Shown: piece after piece, positions 58,101 to 64,000 of the stretch
How the letters are laid out: every line of letters begins with the position of its first letter
Position numbering within the stretch: position 1 is the stretch's first letter
DNA from: Mayamaea pseudoterrestris
Taxonomy: Eukaryota
Direction of reading: 5' to 3'
DNA: 64,000 nt
Assembly (NCBI GenBank): GCA_027923505.1
Contig: BROI01000006.1
Span: 124,001 to 188,000 of the forward strand
The notes under the pieces: generated by a model
Told to the model about the DNA's origin: nothing
What the model saw: the letters and a program-made list of their open reading frames with translations, nothing else
Databases searched by the model: none
Position numbers and translations under genes: made by a program

Positions 58101-61100
58101 TGAAACCCATTCCTTTGCCATGAGACTCCGCACATTCAACCAATGGTTGAATGTGCCAGCCGTGCACCCTTTTTGGCTACACAAACCATCATTGTTGCCA
58201 GCTGAGCCCTCCAATCCATTTCAATTCATGTTTGGTGTCATGATGGGCCAATGCTTAAGTCAGTTGCACCCACCCATTCCAGTCTCCACCACCATGTATG
58301 TCATGGTGAGACTCGGCAGATCCAACAACTTGTTGAATCTGCTAGCAGCGCACCTCAAGTGGCACTCCAGACTGCCAGAATGGCCTGCCAGTTCTGGAAT
58401 ACAAAGAACATACATTTTGTAAGTGATTAGACCGCAAAGGCTTGTCACCTTGGGTGTGAAACCCATCCCTTTGCCATGAGACTCCGCACATTCAACCAAT
58501 GGTTGAATGTGCCAGCCGTGCACCCTTTTTGGCTACACAAACCATCATTGTTGCCAGTTGAGCCCTCCAATCCATTTCAATTCATGTTTGGTGTCATGAT
58601 GGGCCAATGCTTAGGTCAGTTGCACCCACCCATTCCAGTCTCCACCACCATGTATGTCATGGTGAGACTCGGCAGATCCAACAACTTGTTGAATCTGCTA
58701 GCAGCGCACCTCAAGTGGCACTCCAGACTGCCAGAATGGCCTGCCAGTTCTGGAATACAAAGAACATACATTTTGTAAGTGATTAGACCGCAAAGGCTTG
58801 TCACCTTGGGTGTGAAACCCATCCCTTTGCCATGAGACTCCGCACATTCAACCAATGGTTGAATGTGCCAGCCATGTACCCTTTTTGGCTACACAAACCA
58901 TCATTGTTGCCAGCTTAGCCCTCCAATCCATTTCAATTCATGTTTGGTGTCATGATGGGCCAATGCTTAAGTCAGTTGCACCCACCCATTCCAGTCTCCA
59001 CCACCATGTATGTCATGGTGAGACTCGGCAGATCCAACAACTTGTTGAATCTGCTAGCAGCGCACCTCAAGTGGCACTCCAGACTGCCAGAATGGCCTGC
59101 CAGTTCTGGAATACAAAGAACATACATTTTGTAAGTGATTAGACCGCAAAGGCTTGTCACCTTGGGTGTGAAACCCATCCCTTTGCCATGAGACTCCGCA
59201 CATTCAACCAATGGTTGAATGTGCCAGCCATGTACCCTTTTTGGCTACACAAACCATCATTGTTGCCAGTTGAGCCCTCCAATCCATTTCAATTTCATGT
59301 TTGGTGTCATGATGGGCCAATGCTTAAGTCAGTTGCACCCACCCACTCCAGTCTCCACCACCATGTATGTCATGGTGAGACTCGGCAGATCCAACAACTT
59401 GTTGAATCTGCTAGCAGCGCACCTCAAGTGGCACTCCAGACTGCCAGAATGGACTGCCAGAATGGCCTGCCAGTTCTGGAATACAAGAACATACATTTGT
59501 TAAGTGATTAGAGCGCAAAGGCTTGTCACCATGGGTGTGAAACCCATCCCTTTGCCATGAGACTCCGCACGTTCAACCAATGGTTGAATGTGCCAGCCAT
59601 GTACCCTTTTTGGCTACACGAATCATCACAGTTTCCAACTTAGCCCTCCAATCCATTTCAATTCATGTTTGGTGTCATGATGGGCCAATGCTTAAGTCAG
59701 TTGCACCCACCCATTCCAGTCTCCACCACCATGTATGTCATGGTGAGACTCGGCAGATCCAACAACTTGTTGAATCTGCTAGCAGCGCACCTCAAGTGGC
59801 ACTCCAGACTGCCAGAATGGCCTGCCAGTTCTGGAATACAAAGAACATACATTTTGTAAGTGATTAGACCGCAAAGGCTTGTCACCTTGGGTGTGAAACC
59901 CATCCCTTTGCCATGAGACTCCGCACATTCAACCAATGGTTGAATGTGCCAGCCGTGTACCCTTTTTGGCTACACAAACCATCATTGTTGCCAGTTGAGC
60001 CCTCCAATCCATTTCAATTCATGTTTGGTGTCATGATGGGCCAATGCTTAAGTCAGTTGCACCCACCCATTCCAGTCTCCACCACCATGTATGTCATGGT
60101 GAGACTCGGCAGATCCAACAACTTGTTGAATCTGCTAGCAGCGCACCTCAAGTGGCACTCCAGACTGCCAGAATGGCCTGCCAGTTCTGGAATAAAAAGA
60201 ACATACATGTTTGAAGTGATTAGACCGCAAAGGCTTGTCACCTTGGGTGTGAAACCCATCCCTTTGCCATGAGACTCCGCACATTCAACCAATGGTTGAA
60301 TGTGCCAGCCATGTACCCTTTTTGGCTACACAAACCATCATTGTTGCCAGCTTAGCCCTCCAATCCATTTCAATTCTTGGGTGTGAAACCCATCCCTTTG
60401 CCATGAGACTCCGCACGTTCAACCAATGGTTGAATGTGCCAGCCATGTACCCTTTTTGGCTACACGAATCATCACAGTTTCCAACTTAGCCCTCCAATCC
60501 ATTTCAATTCATGTTTGGTGTCATGATGGGCCAATGCTTAAGTCAGTTGCACCCACCCATTCCAGTCTCCACCACCATGTATGTCATGGTGAGACTCGGC
60601 AGATCCAACAACTTGTTGAATCTGCTAGCAGCGCACCTCAAGTGGCACTCCAGACTGCCAGAATGGCCTGCCAGTTCTGGAATACAAAGAACATACATTT
60701 TGTAAGTGATTAGACCGCAAAGGCTTGTCACCTTGGGTGTGAAACCCATCCCTTTGCCATGAGACTCCGCACATTCAACCAATGGTTGAATGTGCCAGCC
60801 GTGTACCCTTTTTGGCTACACAAACCATCATTGTTGCCAGTTGAGCCCTCCAATCCATTTCAATTCATGTTTGGTGTCATGATGGGCCAATGCTTAAGTC
60901 AGTTGCACCCACCCATTCCAGTCTCCACCACCATGTATGTCATGGTGAGACTCGGCAGATCCAACAACTTGTTGAATCTGCTAGCAGCGCACCTCAAGTG
61001 GCACTCCAGACTGCCAGAATGGCCTGCCAGTTCTGGAATAAAAAGAACATACATGTTTGAAGTGATTAGACCGCAAAGGCTTGTCACCTTGGGTGTGAAA

Positions 61101-64000
61101 CCCATCCCTTTGCCATGAGACTCCGCACATTCAACCAATGGTTGAATGTGCCAGCCATGTACCCTTTTTGGCTACACAAACCATCATTGTTGCCAGCTTA
61201 GCCCTCCAATCCATTTCAATTCATGTCTGGTGTCATGATGGGCCAATGCTTAAGTCAGTTGCACCCACCCATTCCAGTCTCCACCACCATGTATGTCATG
61301 GTGAGACTCGGCAGATCCAACAACTTGTTGAATCTGCTAGCAGCGCACCTCAAGTGGCACTCCAGACTGCCAGAATGGCCTGCCAGTTCTGGAATACAAA
61401 GAACATACATTTTGTAAGTGATTAGACCGCAAAGGCTTGTCACCTTGGGTGTGAAACCCATCCCTTTGCCATGAGGCTCTGCACATTCAACCAATGGTTG
61501 AATGTGCCAGCCATGCACCATTTTTGGCTATACAAACCATCATTGTTGCCAGTTGAGCCCTACAATCCATTTCAATTCATGTTTGGTGTCATGATGGGCC
61601 AATGCTTAAGTCAGTTGCACCCACCCATTCCAGTCTCCACCACCATGTATGTCATGGTGAGACTCGGCAGATCCAACAACTTGTTGAATCTGCTAGCAGC
61701 GCACCTCAAGTGGCACTCCAGACTGCCAGAATGGCCTGCCAGTTCTGGAATACAAACAACCATACATTTTGAAGTGATAAGACCGCAAAGGCTTGTCACC
61801 TTGGGTGTGAAACCCATCCCTTTGCCATGAGACTCCATACATTCCTCCAACCACCAATCGTTGGTGTCAGATGGGCCAGGTTGCCTTCCACCCATTTGGC
61901 TCATGGTGAGACTCGGCAGATCCAACAACTTGTTGAATCTGCTAGCAGCGCACCTCAAGTGGCACTCCAGACTGCCAGAATGGCCTGCCAGTTCTGGAAT
62001 ACAAAGAACATACATTTTTTAAGTGATTAGACCACAAAGGCTTGTCACCTTGGGTGTGAAACCCATCCCTTTGCCATGAGACTCCGCACATTCAACCAAT
62101 GGTTGAATGTGCCAGCCATGTACCCTTTTTGGCTACACAAACCATCATTGTTGCCAGTTGAGCCCTCCAATCCATTTCAATTCATGTCTGGTGTCATGAT
62201 GGGCCAATGCTTAAGTCAGTTGCACCCACCCATTCCAGTCTCCACCACCATGTATGTCATGGTGAGACTCGGCAGATCCAACAACTTGTTGAATCTGCTA
62301 GCAGCGCACCTCAAGTGGCACTCCAGACTGCCAGAATGGCCTGCCAGTTTTGAAATACAAAGAACATACATTTTTTAAGTGATTAGACCACAAAGGCTTG
62401 TCACCTTGGGTGTGAAACCCATCCCTTTGCCATGAGACTCCGCTGTACCCTTTTTGGCTACATGAACCATCATTGTTGCCAGCTGAGCCCTCCAATCCAT
62501 TTCAATTCATGTTTGGTGTCATGATGGGCCAATGCTTAAGTCAGTTGCACCCACCCATTCCAGTCTCCACCACCATGTATGTCATGGTGAGACTCGGCAG
62601 ATCCAACAACTTGTTGAATCTGCTAGCAGCGCACCTCAAGTGGCACTCCAGACTGCCAGAATGGCCTGCCAGTTCTGGAATACAAAGAACATACATTTTG
62701 TAAGTGATTAGACCGCAAAGGCTTGTCACCTTGGGTGTGAAACCCATCCCTTTGCCATGAGACTCCGCACATTCAACCAATGGTTGAATGTGCCAGCCGT
62801 GTACCCTTTTTGGCTACACGAACCATCATTGTTGCCAGCTGAGTCCTCCAATCCATTTCAATTCATGTTTGGTGTCATGATGGGCCAATGCTTAAGTCAG
62901 TTGCACCCACCCATTCCAGTCTCCACCACCATGTATGTCACGGTGAGACTAGGCAGATCCAACAACTTGTTGAATCTGCTAGCAGCGCACCTCAAGTGGC
63001 ACTCCAGACTGCCAGAATGGCCTGCCAGTTCTGGAATACAAAGAACATACATTTTGTAAGTGATTAGACCACAAAGGCTTGTCACCTTGGGTGTGAAACC
63101 CATCCCTTTGCCATGAGACTCCGCTGTACCCTTTTTGGCTACACGAACCATCATTGTTGCCAGTTGAGCCATCCAATCTATTTCAATTCATGTTTGGTGT
63201 CATGATGGGCCAATGCTTAAGTCAGTTGCACCCACCCATTCCAGTCTCCATCACCATGTATGTCATGGTGAGACTCGGCAGATCCAACAACTTGTTGAAT
63301 CTGCTAGCAGCGCACCTCAAGTGGCACTCCAGACTGCCAGAATGGCTGTACCCTTTTTGGCTACACGAACCATCATTGTTGCCAGTTGAGCCATCCAATC
63401 TATTTCAATTCATGTTTGGTGTCATGATGGGCCAATGCTTAAGTCAGTTGCACCCACCCATTCCAGTCTCCATCACCATGTATGTCATGGTGAGACTCGG
63501 CAGATCCAACAACTTGTTGAATCTGCTAGCAGCGCACCTCAAGTGGCACTCCAGACTGCCAGAATGGCCTGCCAGTTCTGGAATACAAAGAACATACATT
63601 TTGTAAGTGATTAGACCACAAAGGCTTGTCACCTTGGGTGTGAAACCCATCCCTTTGCCATGAGACTCCGCACATTCAACCAATGGTTGAATGTGCCAGC
63701 CGTGCACCCTTTTTGGCTACACAAACCATCATTGTTGCCAGTTGAGCCCTCCAATCCATTTCCATTTCATGTTTGGTGTCATGATGGGCCAATGCTTAAG
63801 TCAGTTGCACCCATTCCAATCTCCACCACCATGTATGACATGGTGAGACTCTGCATATCCAACAACTTGTTAAATCTGCCAGCACTGCACCTCAAGTGGC
63901 ACTTCCGACTGCCAGAATGGCCTGCCAGTTCTGGAATACAAAAACATACATTTTGTAAGTGATTAGACCGCAAAGGCTTGTCACCTTGGGTGTGAAACCT
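52110..64000. repeat. Satellite array B, 356-bp unit, roughly 33 unit-equivalents, running off the window end
   Basis: 356-bp period (e.g. 57224 to 57580, 58120 to 58476); several internally deleted units. Confidence 0.97.

Noticed and set aside
53000..61900. Scrambled patches near 53000-53045, 56920-56945 and 61835-61900 as novel inserts
   Set aside because: They look like compressed mixtures of neighbouring unit sequence, typical of consensus errors in repeats
45636..63973. Dozens of recurring ORFs in the satellites (MSQGMAMYL.., MRLRTFNQW.., MFGVMMGQC..)
   Set aside because: Unit lengths 169 and 356 are not multiples of 3, indel variants break frames freely, and there are no protein motifs; these are by-products of repetition
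52110..64000. 5S rRNA, snRNA, tRNA or telomeric tandem array
   Set aside because: No recognisable conserved motifs of these RNAs and no TTAGGG-type repeat; an Rfam scan would be needed to exclude a divergent RNA

Overview
Eukaryotic nuclear DNA, most likely a diatom (species not determinable): gene-dense, with short GT-AG introns, several signal peptides followed by an ASAF-like plastid motif (ESDA-FAP, ANA-FF, ISTA-FV) and a diatom-type cyclin. Three zones. (1) 1-45.4 kb: genes for a GT92-like glycosyltransferase, a plastid hypothetical protein, TTL family, RFT1, LON N-domain, GaaA-like reductase, LMF, RRM, an extremely acidic 4-exon protein, FAM173-type methyltransferase, PEX5, CRTISO-like, cyclin, mu-homology-domain protein, R2R3-MYB, NAP1 and an RNASEK-like protein. 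(2) Within zone 1, a ~15.3 kb head-to-tail diverged duplication (4210-19520 / 19521-34802). The first copy decays into indels at its end, so it may be two haplotypes assembled in tandem. (3) 45.7-64 kb: two abutting, palindrome-rich, CpG-poor satellite arrays (169-bp unit, then 356-bp unit). The 356-bp unit is a dimer of ~186+170 bp halves whose palindromes differ by compensatory changes, and a probable stray relative sits at ~1.1-1.3 kb. No tRNA, rRNA, CRISPR, transposase or telomere repeat was recognised. All family calls come from recalled motifs, not database searches.
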